Positions 20,238 to 29,881 of a DNA stretch of 64,000 nt are shown here, one piece after another. The position numbers were made by a program, and so were the translations under genes. Origin of the DNA: Bacillota bacterium (GTDB lineage: Bacteria; Bacillota; Clostridia; Oscillospirales; Oscillospiraceae). The notes below the pieces were generated by a model. The model was not told the DNA's origin, searched no databases, and saw only the letters and a program-made list of their open reading frames with translations. The DNA is taken from the NCBI GenBank assembly GCA_023402075.1, contig JAEXCS010000002.1, positions 17,532-81,531 on the forward strand, read 5' to 3'. Every line of letters starts with the position of its first letter. The first letter of the stretch is position 1.

Positions 20238-20360
20238 AACTGCCCGCAGTGCGGGCAGTTACGAGGATGCGGAGCAGGGGTCTTGAAACGGCAAAAGTGC
20301 CCCGCAAGAGGTCTTAAATACAGAAAACGCCGATGCTCAGGCACTTCCCGCGGGGGTCTT
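20238..20360. promoter_or_regulatory. Candidate oriT / relaxosome-binding region
   Basis: Perfect 11-bp inverted repeat AACTGCCCGCA-G-TGCGGGCAGTT (20238-20260) and three GGTCTT repeats upstream of mobC-like gene. Confidence 0.45.
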
Positions 20361-20379
20361 ACGGAGAAATGGAGGAAAA

Positions 20380-20781
20380 ATGAGCGACAGAGAAAAATTA
20401 GCAGTCCGGCTGGAGCCGGAGACACGGGAGCGGCTGGAGCGCTGCTACACCATGGACGGCAGCTCGAGCCGGAGAGAGTTTATTGAAAAAGCAATTCGGT
20501 TTTACATGGACTATCTGGAGATGAACGACGGCAGCGCCTTGCTGCCGAAGGAGATCACCTCCGCGATCGACGGCCGGCTCGGAATGTTCGAGGATCGCAT
20601 GGCAAGTCTGCTCTACAAGCAATCGGTAGAGATCGATATGACCAACGGGATCATTGCAACCGCTTATAATATCGGCGAAGATGCGCTGCGGCGCATGCGG
20701 GCACAGAGCGTCAGAAATGTGAAGGGGACAAACGGGCGGGTCTCTTTTGAGCAGCGCATGCGGGATGCGGGTGACGAGTGA
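20380..20781 (+). CDS. MobC-like / ribbon-helix-helix relaxase accessory protein
   Basis: N-terminal RHH pattern (KLAVRL..SRREFIEKAIRFY); overlaps relaxase start. Confidence 0.65.
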   Translation: MSDREKLAVRLEPETRERLERCYTMDGSSSRREFIEKAIRFYMDYLEMNDGSALLPKEITSAIDGRLGMFEDRMASLLYKQSVEIDMTNGIIATAYNIGEDALRRMRAQSVRNVKGTNGRVSFEQRMRDAGDE

Positions 20782-22730
20782 TGGCGAAGTTGATCGTCAA
20801 AAGTCCTTATCTCAAATGCGGCGGCGCGGAGAAGGTCAGCGGGTACCTGCGCTACATCGGTACCCGCGAACATGTTCAGAAGCTCACCGATAACCGTCCT
20901 CCGACCAGGAAGCAGGAGCAACTCATCACAAAGCTCTCGAAAGATTTTCCCGATGTGAAAAAGCTGGCTGAGTACGAGGACTATACCGCACACGAAACGA
21001 AGGTCAACGCCTCGGCGCTCATCGCCATGGCGCTGGAGGAAAACTGGTCTGCGGTCAGTCAGACGGACGGCTATATGAAGTACATCGCCACTCGTCCTCG
21101 CGCGGAACGGCTCAGCTCCCACGGCCTGTTCGGCGACGAGGACAATGTGGATCTCGATGCGGCGATGTCGGAGCTGGATTCCTATACTGGCAATGTGTGG
21201 ACGCACATTATTTCCCTGCACCGCGAGGACGCGGCGCGGCTGGGTTACGACAACGCCGGAGCGTGGCGCAATCTCATCCGCGCCCACCGCAACGACATTG
21301 CGGCAGCAATGAGAATACCGCCCAAGGACTTTCGCTGGTACGCAGCGTTTCATGATGAAGGCGATCACCCGCATATACACATGATGGCGTGGTCGACAAA
21401 GCCGGGTCAGGCGTATCTCTCCCGCGACGGCATCAGGCAGATCAAGTCGCAGCTCACCAATGATATTTTCAAGCAGGATCTGCTGCACGTCTACGAGCAG
21501 AAAAGCGAAAGCCGCGATGAGCTGGTGCGCGAGGCGCGGGATGCTTTGCTGGAGCTCACGCGGCAGATGCAAACCGGCATCTGCAATCACCCGGAGGTGG
21601 AAGGTCTGATGCAGCAGCTTTCGCAGGCGCTGGATTCCGTTACCGGCAAAAAGTCCTACGGCTATCTGCCCAAGCCCATCAAGAAAATCGCAGACGAGAT
21701 CGTCGATCAGATGGAACGCCTGCCTGTCGTATCTGATTGCTATGACCACTGGCTGGAGCTGCAGGGTCAGATGGACAGTTACTACGGCGGCGACGAGTGG
21801 AAACGCCTGCCGCTGTCTCAGCAGAAAGAATTCCGCGCCATCAAGAACGCTGTCATTCAGGAGGCGGAACGCATCCGACTTGGCGAGATCACCTTTGAGG
21901 ACGCCGGCGTGGAACAGCGGGATGAGCCGGAGGATGATCTTCAGGCCGACCGCACCCTGTGGCAAATCGTGGATGATGTCTATGACGATACCCTGCAACT
22001 TGCAGTGCGCGACAAGGCTGTGGAGGATTTAAGGGCATGGGCGGAGGACGGCGACGCGACCGCACAGTATTTTCTTGGCAAGCTCTACCGCGACGGCGGG
22101 CTGCTGATTCCAAACTCCGAGCTGGCACGGGATTGGTTCTATAAGGCGGCGCGACAGGATGTTGTGGTGGCGCAGTATGCGCTGGGCAAGTTGTTCCTCT
22201 CTGACGATCTGCTGGTCCGTGACCCAAAGCTGGGCATAGAGTGGCTGGAATATGCTGCAAGCAATGGCAGTCACTACGCCGCCTACCGTGTCGGCAAAGA
22301 ATATCTCAAAGGCGAGATTGTGAAAAAAGATGTGGCCAAGGCGCTCACCTATCTGACTGACGCCGCCAACGCCGAAAACCAGTACGCTCAATATCTGCTG
22401 GGTAAGCTGTGCCTCATGGGGCACGAGGTGAAATACGACAAGAAGCTGGCACTTTACTGGCTGATCTGCGCCGCCGATCGGGGCAACGAGTACGCACAAT
22501 TCTTTCTCGATCGCGCGGACAGTCTGCACCCGCCATCCGTCATGCTGGCGGCAACCCGACTGCTCCACCACATGAGTCACATTTTCACGGACAACTCTCT
22601 GCCCAAGACCGGCCCGATGGGGATGCGGATTGACCGCAAGCGTCTGCAAAAGCTCAGGGAGAAGAAAATCGCCGTGGGCCACAAGCCGGACGACCATGAG
22701 GAATACACCGGCCCCACCCTGTCTATGTAA
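20781..22730 (+). CDS. MobP3-type relaxase with C-terminal SEL1-like repeats
   Basis: YLRYIGTR, YMKYIATRP, WYAAFH..HPHIH HUH motif; repeated AQYxLGKL units. Confidence 0.85.
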   Translation: MAKLIVKSPYLKCGGAEKVSGYLRYIGTREHVQKLTDNRPPTRKQEQLITKLSKDFPDVKKLAEYEDYTAHETKVNASALIAMALEENWSAVSQTDGYMKYIATRPRAERLSSHGLFGDEDNVDLDAAMSELDSYTGNVWTHIISLHREDAARLGYDNAGAWRNLIRAHRNDIAAAMRIPPKDFRWYAAFHDEGDHPHIHMMAWSTKPGQAYLSRDGIRQIKSQLTNDIFKQDLLHVYEQKSESRDELVREARDALLELTRQMQTGICNHPEVEGLMQQLSQALDSVTGKKSYGYLPKPIKKIADEIVDQMERLPVVSDCYDHWLELQGQMDSYYGGDEWKRLPLSQQKEFRAIKNAVIQEAERIRLGEITFEDAGVEQRDEPEDDLQADRTLWQIVDDVYDDTLQLAVRDKAVEDLRAWAEDGDATAQYFLGKLYRDGGLLIPNSELARDWFYKAARQDVVVAQYALGKLFLSDDLLVRDPKLGIEWLEYAASNGSHYAAYRVGKEYLKGEIVKKDVAKALTYLTDAANAENQYAQYLLGKLCLMGHEVKYDKKLALYWLICAADRGNEYAQFFLDRADSLHPPSVMLAATRLLHHMSHIFTDNSLPKTGPMGMRIDRKRLQKLREKKIAVGHKPDDHEEYTGPTLSM

Positions 22731-22819
22731 GCCTCCAAGTCATTGGAAACACTGCATTTTTTAATAGCTTTGTGCCGACTGTTGTGGTATATGTGTTGTC
22801 TTGAACAGGAGGCGATTCC

Positions 22820-23161
22820 ATGTACGACTATATGAAATCCCTGCACCGGCAGTTCTTCCGGGAACCGGAGTGCAGTGAATTGCGCAGAGAAATCGAGCAG
22901 ACCCGTCAGGCACTGCGGGACGGGATGGACAAAGAAAGCCGCAGGCGGCTGCTGTATCTGACGGATTGCCAGTCGGCGCTTCGGGAGGAGGTCTCCCTTC
23001 AGAGCTTCCTCGCCGGCTATCGGCTGGCCTGCGGAATTTACCGGGAGCTGCTGCAGGAGCCGCCCCACTCCTTCGACCGGGAGGAGGAAAAGCGGTCGGA
23101 GGAAATTTACCAAATCGAGAAGAAAGCGGCGGAGGCCGCTTGTTCCGGGAAGGAGGACTGA
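22820..23161 (+). CDS. Small helical protein (DUF6809-like)
   Basis: AGGAGG RBS; SLQSFLAGYRLACGI motif. Confidence 0.7.
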   Translation: MYDYMKSLHRQFFREPECSELRREIEQTRQALRDGMDKESRRRLLYLTDCQSALREEVSLQSFLAGYRLACGIYRELLQEPPHSFDREEEKRSEEIYQIEKKAAEAACSGKED

Positions 23162-23164
23162 TCC

Positions 23165-24367
23165 ATGGCAAAACGACGCCCATCCGGTGACGGCATGGTG
23201 CGAAAACGGGAGGACGGCCGCTGGGAAGGCCGTATCGTGGTGGGGCACAAGAAAAATGGAGACTTCATCTTCCGCCATGTCTACGCCAAGACGCAGAAGG
23301 AGCTGATGGACAGGCTCCACCGCAATATTGAGGACTACCACGATGTGGATCTGACCGAGGACAGCCGCATGACCCTGGGCGAGTGGCTGGATCGCTGGCT
23401 CAGCGAATACAAGGAGGACACCGTTCGCCCCGGTACCATACGAAGTTACCACACCGTGATCGAACAGTACATCAAGCCGCAGTTGGGCGACAAACAGATC
23501 TCCCTGATCACCCCGCAGGACATTCAGCGGATGTATCGCCGGCTGAAAAAAGAGGGGCGCGTCAACGAAAACCCGGAGAAAGGCACCCAGCTTGCCGACA
23601 ACACCGTGCGCGGCATCCACTGCGTGCTCCATCTGGCCATGCAGGATGCCGTGCAGGCACACCTCATCGCCAGCAATCCAACGGAGGGCGCTACCATCCC
23701 CCGGCAGGGCGGCGGCAAAAAGCAGGTGCTAAATGATCGGGAGCTGGACGCTTTCCTTGCCGTTATCGAGAAGGACGCGATCTGGCACGATTTCTTCTAT
23801 ACCGATCTGACCACCGGCTTGCGGCGGGGCGAAATCTGTGGTCTCATGTGGCGAGACTTTGACGGGAAAGCCGGTACGCTGAAGGTGTGCCGCACCCTCC
23901 ACAGCAAGAAGCTGGGCGTGTTCTCTCTGGGCGACACCAAAACAGGAATGGGCATGCGCACCATCGTCCTGCCCCAAAGTACGGCGGAGCTTCTGCGCCG
24001 GCGCAAGAAGAATTCGATCAGCCAGTGGATTTTTCCAAATCCCATCAAGCCGGAACTGCCTGTGTCGCCCAACTCCGCCTACAATCACCTGAAAGCCCTG
24101 CTGAAGCAGGCGAAGCTGCCGGACATTCGCTTCCATGATTTACGGCATACATTTGCCACCCATGCCCTGGCCAGCGGCGTGGACCCCAAAACGCTCTCTG
24201 GCATTCTCGGCCACACCAACGCCAGCTTCACGCTGGACACCTACACCCATGTGACACCGGATATGCAGAAAACCGCCAGCGGCATCGTGGGCGGATTCAT
24301 GGAAGACATTTTCGGAAAGGAGTTGAAACCGTGGCAAGAAAGAGAAAGAACGGAGACGGAACCGTAA
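23165..24367 (+). CDS. Tyrosine integrase 1
   Basis: N-terminal arm-binding domain; TGLRRGE, FHDLRH, LGH, TLDTYTH. Confidence 0.95.
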   Translation: MAKRRPSGDGMVRKREDGRWEGRIVVGHKKNGDFIFRHVYAKTQKELMDRLHRNIEDYHDVDLTEDSRMTLGEWLDRWLSEYKEDTVRPGTIRSYHTVIEQYIKPQLGDKQISLITPQDIQRMYRRLKKEGRVNENPEKGTQLADNTVRGIHCVLHLAMQDAVQAHLIASNPTEGATIPRQGGGKKQVLNDRELDAFLAVIEKDAIWHDFFYTDLTTGLRRGEICGLMWRDFDGKAGTLKVCRTLHSKKLGVFSLGDTKTGMGMRTIVLPQSTAELLRRRKKNSISQWIFPNPIKPELPVSPNSAYNHLKALLKQAKLPDIRFHDLRHTFATHALASGVDPKTLSGILGHTNASFTLDTYTHVTPDMQKTASGIVGGFMEDIFGKELKPWQERERTETEP

Positions 24368-25773
24368 GGCTGCGCAAGGATGGCCGTTGGGAAGGCCGAA
24401 TCGTCATCGACTACGACGACAACGGCTATCCCAAAACCAAAAATGTCCTTGCCAAAACGAAAAATGAGTGTCTGGAAAAACTCCAGACACTCAAGGAAAC
24501 CTGCGGCGGCTCGAAGTCCGCGAAGCTGCGCCCCGAGATGCCCTTCGGGGACTGGCTCACGTACTGGTACGAAAATCACTCCAAGCCGAAGCTCCGTCCC
24601 ACCACCCAGGCAAATTACGAGAGCCGCATCCGCCTGCACATCATGCCGGAGATCGGCAAAATCCCGCTGAACAAGCTGACGCAAAACGACCTGCAGCAGT
24701 TTTACGCACGGCTTAAAAAGACCGGCCGCCTGCGCTTCACTGACCAATACGGCGAGGGGCTGTCCGACCGGATGGTGAGAATGTGCCACGCGGTCTGCCG
24801 CACCGCGCTGGAAAAGGCAATGCAGGAGGGACTGATCCGCACCAACCCTGCCATCGGCTGTAAGCTGCCGCCCAAGAAAGCGCGGGAGATGCAAGTGCTG
24901 GATCGGGAAGAGCTACAGCGGTTTCTCATTCAGGCTGAGGCGGAGGGCTACTACGAGCTGTTCCTCCTGGATCTCGCCACCGGCCTGCGGCGCGGTGAAC
25001 TGATGGCGCTCCAGTGGGACGATCTGGACTTCAAGACCGGCGTGCTGAGTATAAACAAGCAGATTTATGATGTGAAGGGTGAGCTGCAGCTGAGCACGCC
25101 GAAAACCAAAACCTCCATCCGCCAGCTGGCGCTCCCAACCGCGGTGGTGGCGGTGCTGAAGGAGTACCGGAAGACCACTGACTCCCGGTGGATGTTCCCC
25201 TCCCCAGTGAAGGAGGACTGCCCCATAACTCCCTGCGCGATACGCAAGCGGCTCCAGAAAATCTTGGAGCACGCCGAATGCAAGCATGTGCGCTTCCATG
25301 ATTTACGGCACACGTTCGCCACCTTGTCCCTGCAAAACGGCATGGATGTGAAGACGCTCTCTGCTATGCTCGGTCACGTGTCGGCGGCCACTACGCTTGA
25401 CATTTACACACATATCACGGACGATATGCGTCATTCTGCCGCCGCCAGCATCGACCGGGGCATCGGCAAGGCAGAGCCAAAGCAGGACGATCCGGCAACC
25501 GCTCCCGCTCAGCCGGAAAAGCCAAGGATGACCGACTTCAAGCCTTACCGCAGCAGCATGCGCAAGCCCGGCACCGGCTGCATCAGCGAGATCAACGACC
25601 ACCTGTTTGAGGGGCGGTACTCACCAGTGTGGCCTGACGGCAAGAAGCACTCCAGGAATGTCTATGCCAAGACCCGCGAGGAATGCGAGGAAAAGCTGGG
25701 CGGGTTGATTGCTAAAATGAAGGCTGAGATCACCATGCTGAAAGCAGTGAAACAATGTTCAATAAAACAGTGA
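24331..25773 (+). CDS. Tyrosine integrase 2 with C-terminal extension
   Basis: TGLRRGE, FHDLRH, LGH, TLDIYTH; GTG start with AAGGAG RBS inside integrase 1. Confidence 0.95.
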   Translation: MARKRKNGDGTVRLRKDGRWEGRIVIDYDDNGYPKTKNVLAKTKNECLEKLQTLKETCGGSKSAKLRPEMPFGDWLTYWYENHSKPKLRPTTQANYESRIRLHIMPEIGKIPLNKLTQNDLQQFYARLKKTGRLRFTDQYGEGLSDRMVRMCHAVCRTALEKAMQEGLIRTNPAIGCKLPPKKAREMQVLDREELQRFLIQAEAEGYYELFLLDLATGLRRGELMALQWDDLDFKTGVLSINKQIYDVKGELQLSTPKTKTSIRQLALPTAVVAVLKEYRKTTDSRWMFPSPVKEDCPITPCAIRKRLQKILEHAECKHVRFHDLRHTFATLSLQNGMDVKTLSAMLGHVSAATTLDIYTHITDDMRHSAAASIDRGIGKAEPKQDDPATAPAQPEKPRMTDFKPYRSSMRKPGTGCISEINDHLFEGRYSPVWPDGKKHSRNVYAKTREECEEKLGGLIAKMKAEITMLKAVKQCSIKQ

Positions 25774-25810
25774 TAATCAAGGTAATACAGACGGTGTAGA
25801 CGGCGTAGAG

Positions 25811-26310
25811 GCTATTCCAAATTAGGCTATCAGGTAAAAACCCGCGAACAGGAGGACAACACCAGCAAAATTTACGACAGTCAGGAGTACGCCGCCGCCT
25901 TTGCTGAAGACCTGTCCAATGCCGCAAGAAGCATTCTGATTGTCAGTCCTTACATCCAGGAAAACCGCATTACACGACTTCTACCTATTCTGGAAAACGC
26001 GGTGTCGTCCAGCGTTCGCGTTACCGTTTATACGAAAGCCCTCGAAAGCTATAAACCCGATCAGGAGCCCGGATTGCGTCTGCAATTGCCATGCTGAAAA
26101 ACGCAGAAATTTCCGTTGCTATCCAGGCAAATCTGCAACAGCACTATGTCATTATTGATGAAAGTGCCGTTTGGTACGGTAATATTGATTTCTTGGCATT
26201 CGGCGGAACGACTCGGATACTCTGCGGTTTGAAAATGCTGAGATTGCCGGAGAGCTTTTGGAAATGTCTGCAGAATCCGATCCTATCGAATCAAATCCTG
26301 CGTTGCTGTA
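25811..26310 (+). pseudogene. Frameshifted C-terminal PLD-like domain of a helicase-type protein
   Basis: Across frames reads GYSKLGYQ / YDSQEYAAAFAEDLSNAARSILIVSPY / LQQHYVIIDESAVWYGNIDFLAFG; no start codon. Confidence 0.65.
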
Positions 26311-26689
26311 AACAAAGAAAAAAGTCATCGGGAGCATATTTGCAACCGATGGCTTTATTTTGTAAATCTCACTCACAATTGTTTGCCTTTTATCTGGATA
26401 GATTACGTGATGGTAATGAACCTGAAGGGAGATCCCTCGATAGCCCAGCGAGCCATCCATGAGCGCAACACAAGGATATAGCATACTTTAAATTGATTTC
26501 AACTCAAGAGGATAATGCCGGTAACGCCACTAAAGTTTGTAGACTTCTTGATCGGGACGAACTCACTTGAAGGCAATGAAAAGATAACTGGCACATCTAA
26601 GCACGAGATTAAATTAAATCTAAAATTTTCATAGTTAAGATGGGGCTGGCACCAAACGTCAGTTGCAGAAAACTTGACAAAATTTATGA

Positions 26690-26810
26690 TTGTCTCCAAT
26701 ATAGTGCTATACAGACGAGTTACCATTGCCATAACCAGTCCATACGTCAAAGGGGCATTTGGGCTAGACATCTTAGTAGGGGTGCCATTGATCAGCCCTA
26801 TTTCGTACAC
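26690..26810 (-). pseudogene. SLH-domain gene remnant
   Basis: MYEIGLINGT...SPNAPLT....AMVTRL resembles an SLH repeat, followed by non-homologous-looking sequence. Confidence 0.45.
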
Positions 26811-26862
26811 GGTTTAATGGTCACTTTCTTACTGTAGCTACGCGATCAAATGTAGCAGCTAT

Positions 26863-27633
26863 TCACATTTCAAAAAAGTAATTGAGATATGCCTGAAGCA
26901 TCTGATCTTCGTCCAGCTGTGGAATATTCCTGGCATCTGCAGGATTGATCGGATCGCTCTGATTGCGAATCAGAAAGTCTGCAAGACTTTTTAAAGAACC
27001 GCAGACCCGTTTAATGCCCTCACTGCCCTCGTCATCATGAAGACTGTCTTTACTGATGCATTTTCCGCTTTTATCCACGATAAAGGATTCCAAATAACTG
27101 CTGCATCCATCATTATAAACAGGATGCTTTAGATCTTTGAGAGCATCTCCCAATCCATAAAAGTAAAGTCCTCGGAACGTAACAACATAAGTTGTCGTTC
27201 CATCATCATTTTCCTGACTGCCTAAAAGCGTAAGGGCGGGAAACGCAAGGTCCGTGCTACCCTTACCCAATTCGTCCTCTCCTAAAACAGAATTGTTAAA
27301 TTGACCCACAGCCAAGTTGTAGAGAGTAGCATCTGTTCCGGTCAGGCCGAAGGTATCAGCCGTTGGAATTGGAAACTCAGTTGAATAGATTTTTCTGCCC
27401 ACGTGAATCTTTTTAGGCGTATTTTGCTTTGCCGGAGTGCCTGACGATGCTGAATTTGACGATGCATTAGATGAAGAAGTCGGTTCCATAGATGTGCTTG
27501 GTTCTGTTACGCCTGATGATATACCAGACGAAGAATTTGTTTGGCCCGCGTTACCTCCACAACCCGCGAGAAAAAGAATACCAATGGTTAAAAGAAGAAC
27601 GACACTTTTTTTAAAAAAAGTCTGATTAAGCAC
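26863..27633 (-). CDS. Hypothetical lipoprotein
   Basis: Lipobox LAGC followed by Ser-rich linker. Confidence 0.75.
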   Translation of the reverse strand: MLNQTFFKKSVVLLLTIGILFLAGCGGNAGQTNSSSGISSGVTEPSTSMEPTSSSNASSNSASSGTPAKQNTPKKIHVGRKIYSTEFPIPTADTFGLTGTDATLYNLAVGQFNNSVLGEDELGKGSTDLAFPALTLLGSQENDDGTTTYVVTFRGLYFYGLGDALKDLKHPVYNDGCSSYLESFIVDKSGKCISKDSLHDDEGSEGIKRVCGSLKSLADFLIRNQSDPINPADARNIPQLDEDQMLQAYLNYFFEM

Positions 27634-27886
27634 AATAGCAACAACCTTTCCTTTTTAATTCAAAGCTCAATTGTTTTTTACATGACAGTACATTATCTCT
27701 GATCAAGGGCGTGCACCGATGTTATCATAACGGCTACTTCTCTTTAGAAAAGATCTATACTGCGACTCCTGCGATACCTTGTCTTAACCACATCACAATT
27801 TCAAAGCTGTCATGTCTCTGGTACAAAATATGGTGATGAGAGATGGCAAATGCTCATCTCCCATCACTCTTTAAAATATTTAAAAA

Positions 27887-29083
27887 TTACTGCGGAGTCC
27901 ACGTGCCAGTATGAGAATCCCAAACCGGGATATAGAAATCCATAACCTTTTTGTAATAATCGCTCATTTTTTCATTGCGATGGTCAGTCGTATGCGCACT
28001 ATAATAGGCGGTTTGTCCATCATTACTTGTGATAATGCCGACATGAGCCTGCTTGGTGAGAGATGTCGGAAAATACATGATGCTCCCAGCGAAAGCGCGA
28101 TTCCACGTACCAGTTCCAGCATGGAACACAATATCATTATCGAGCATATAGTCAGTGATCCCATAGTGACCCGGTGATTTTCTGGGGCCACCAGTCAATC
28201 TCCAGCAGCTTGAATTATCATACCACACACCATCCTGCTGGACTCCGCCTGCGCTATAACACTGAGAAACAAAGTTTGCACAGTCCGAATCATAGTGCGC
28301 ATATTTGCTTCCGTCGGGCCTATGTCCAATCGGGAAATTGCTCGGTTGTTTCGCGTAATAGGCGGCATTTACACGATTCAATTCTTTTGCTCTTGACGCG
28401 CTGGCTCTTATAGCCTGATTGCTGATACTGCCAGAGATGATATCGCTTACGTCATTACGAGCATTTTCCATGACCTCCTGCGCGGTAGGCACAAAAGAAG
28501 ACAACGGCTCATCAACGTAAACTGCACCGCTAGCAGAAGAATGAAGTTCATCGTATGTATGAACTTTGACTTCTGCATTTTCGACTGAAAGTGTGTTCAA
28601 AAATTCATCGGAATTAATATTGGAATTGATATCGGAATTGCTGGCTTTGATCAACAGCGGAACAGACACAAGAAATTCCGCGTTGTGAGAAAGTTCTTTT
28701 CCGATATGTTCACGCTCCAATTCTCCACGCCAAATGGTCAGATAATCGTTAGCTCTTTGAAGCTCGTTTTCATCGGTCAGGTCCTCCATTGCAGCCAAAA
28801 TGCCCTGAATATACGGAGCATCATCCGGGGTTTTCGCTTTGATTTGAGTGGTATAAGAAACACTGACTACATAATTCACTTCGCCTGAGGTCGCTTCAAC
28901 ATTTGTGATTTCTCCAGAAACGTTGGTAACGTCATAGTAATCCTCAAGGAGTTGTGTTGCAGTGTTACATGCCAAATTAATAACATTGTTCTGGGTTACA
29001 TGGGGTGTACTATCGGTTTCTACTGCAAACGCTGGAACGCACAGAGACAGGCACATAACCACTGCCAGAGCCAAACTCATCAT
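27887..29083 (-). CDS. Secreted protein with C-terminal Amidase_6-like domain
   Basis: Signal peptide (..VPAFA), DCANFVSQC, HVGII, YSAHT motifs. Confidence 0.8.
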   Translation of the reverse strand: MMSLALAVVMCLSLCVPAFAVETDSTPHVTQNNVINLACNTATQLLEDYYDVTNVSGEITNVEATSGEVNYVVSVSYTTQIKAKTPDDAPYIQGILAAMEDLTDENELQRANDYLTIWRGELEREHIGKELSHNAEFLVSVPLLIKASNSDINSNINSDEFLNTLSVENAEVKVHTYDELHSSASGAVYVDEPLSSFVPTAQEVMENARNDVSDIISGSISNQAIRASASRAKELNRVNAAYYAKQPSNFPIGHRPDGSKYAHYDSDCANFVSQCYSAGGVQQDGVWYDNSSCWRLTGGPRKSPGHYGITDYMLDNDIVFHAGTGTWNRAFAGSIMYFPTSLTKQAHVGIITSNDGQTAYYSAHTTDHRNEKMSDYYKKVMDFYIPVWDSHTGTWTPQ

Positions 29084-29236
29084 TTTCTTTTTTATGTTAT
29101 ACCTCTTTTCTCATTTTGTAAAGAATCCGCCGGAATAGAGATATGCAAAATGTCTTTGCTATAATACTTACTGCATCGGCCTGCTCCTTTCGTGCCCCCG
29201 GTGGCGTGGGATCGTCGGTTTTGGTTTCCCTTCGTA

Positions 29237-29273
29237 ATAATAGTGTCTGGAAAACCGAAAAAGCGGACAAAAA
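29237..29273 (-). promoter_or_regulatory. Candidate ECF-sigma promoter of amidase gene
   Basis: TTTTTGTCCGCTTTTT..TTTTCCAGACACTATTAT on minus strand, near-identical to 29882-29918 on plus. Confidence 0.6.
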
Positions 29274-29367
29274 TTTTAAAATATATTATTTTTTTACATT
29301 GGGCACTTTTACATGTTATACTAAGTGTGGAAATAATTGAGAATTCTGCGGATGGGAGGCAATCCTT

Positions 29368-29859
29368 GTGGATGTCAATCAAAAGAGAATGCTTGTTGAG
29401 AAATGGTATCGGCAATACTCAAAACTGCTGTTTCATGCCGCCTGCCTGTTGGACACTCCTGACGCGGCGGAGGAAATCGTGCAGGAGACATTCCGCATTG
29501 TGATGGAAACGGACGATCTGAAAAAAGTGGAATATCCCAAAACATGGCTGCGGAAAATCGTTTATAATGTTGTGCGGAATCGGCAGCGAGATCAGGAACG
29601 GTTTGCAAGTGTACCGATTGATGACGAGGGAATATCTATTGAAGAATTGGGGAGCCACGAGGACGAGCCGAACGTTGAGCTTGAATATGGGGGTATTGTA
29701 TCCGCAGAAGACTTACACTTGCTCCGGCTCTCTTCGGTAGAACAACATACATATTCTGAAATTGCGGAGGAACTGGGCGTTTCCGCGGGGGCGTGTCGAA
29801 AACGAGTGGACCGGGCGAAGAAAGAATTGCGTAAAAAGCTGGAGAATGACAGAAGTTGA
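29368..29859 (+). CDS. ECF sigma-70 factor
   Basis: AEEIVQETF, PKTWLRKI, YSEIAEELGVS..RVDRAKKELR. Confidence 0.9.
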   Translation: MDVNQKRMLVEKWYRQYSKLLFHAACLLDTPDAAEEIVQETFRIVMETDDLKKVEYPKTWLRKIVYNVVRNRQRDQERFASVPIDDEGISIEELGSHEDEPNVELEYGGIVSAEDLHLLRLSSVEQHTYSEIAEELGVSAGACRKRVDRAKKELRKKLENDRS

Positions 29860-29881
29860 AACTGCTGAAAAAATTTTTAAC

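Larger units (their letters stand above)
16900..25800 (+). mobile_element. Integrative mobilisable element (Xis, HTH, MobC-like, relaxase, two tyrosine integrases); boundaries approximate
   Basis: Gene content; no T4SS genes in window; att direct repeats not identified. Confidence 0.8.
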
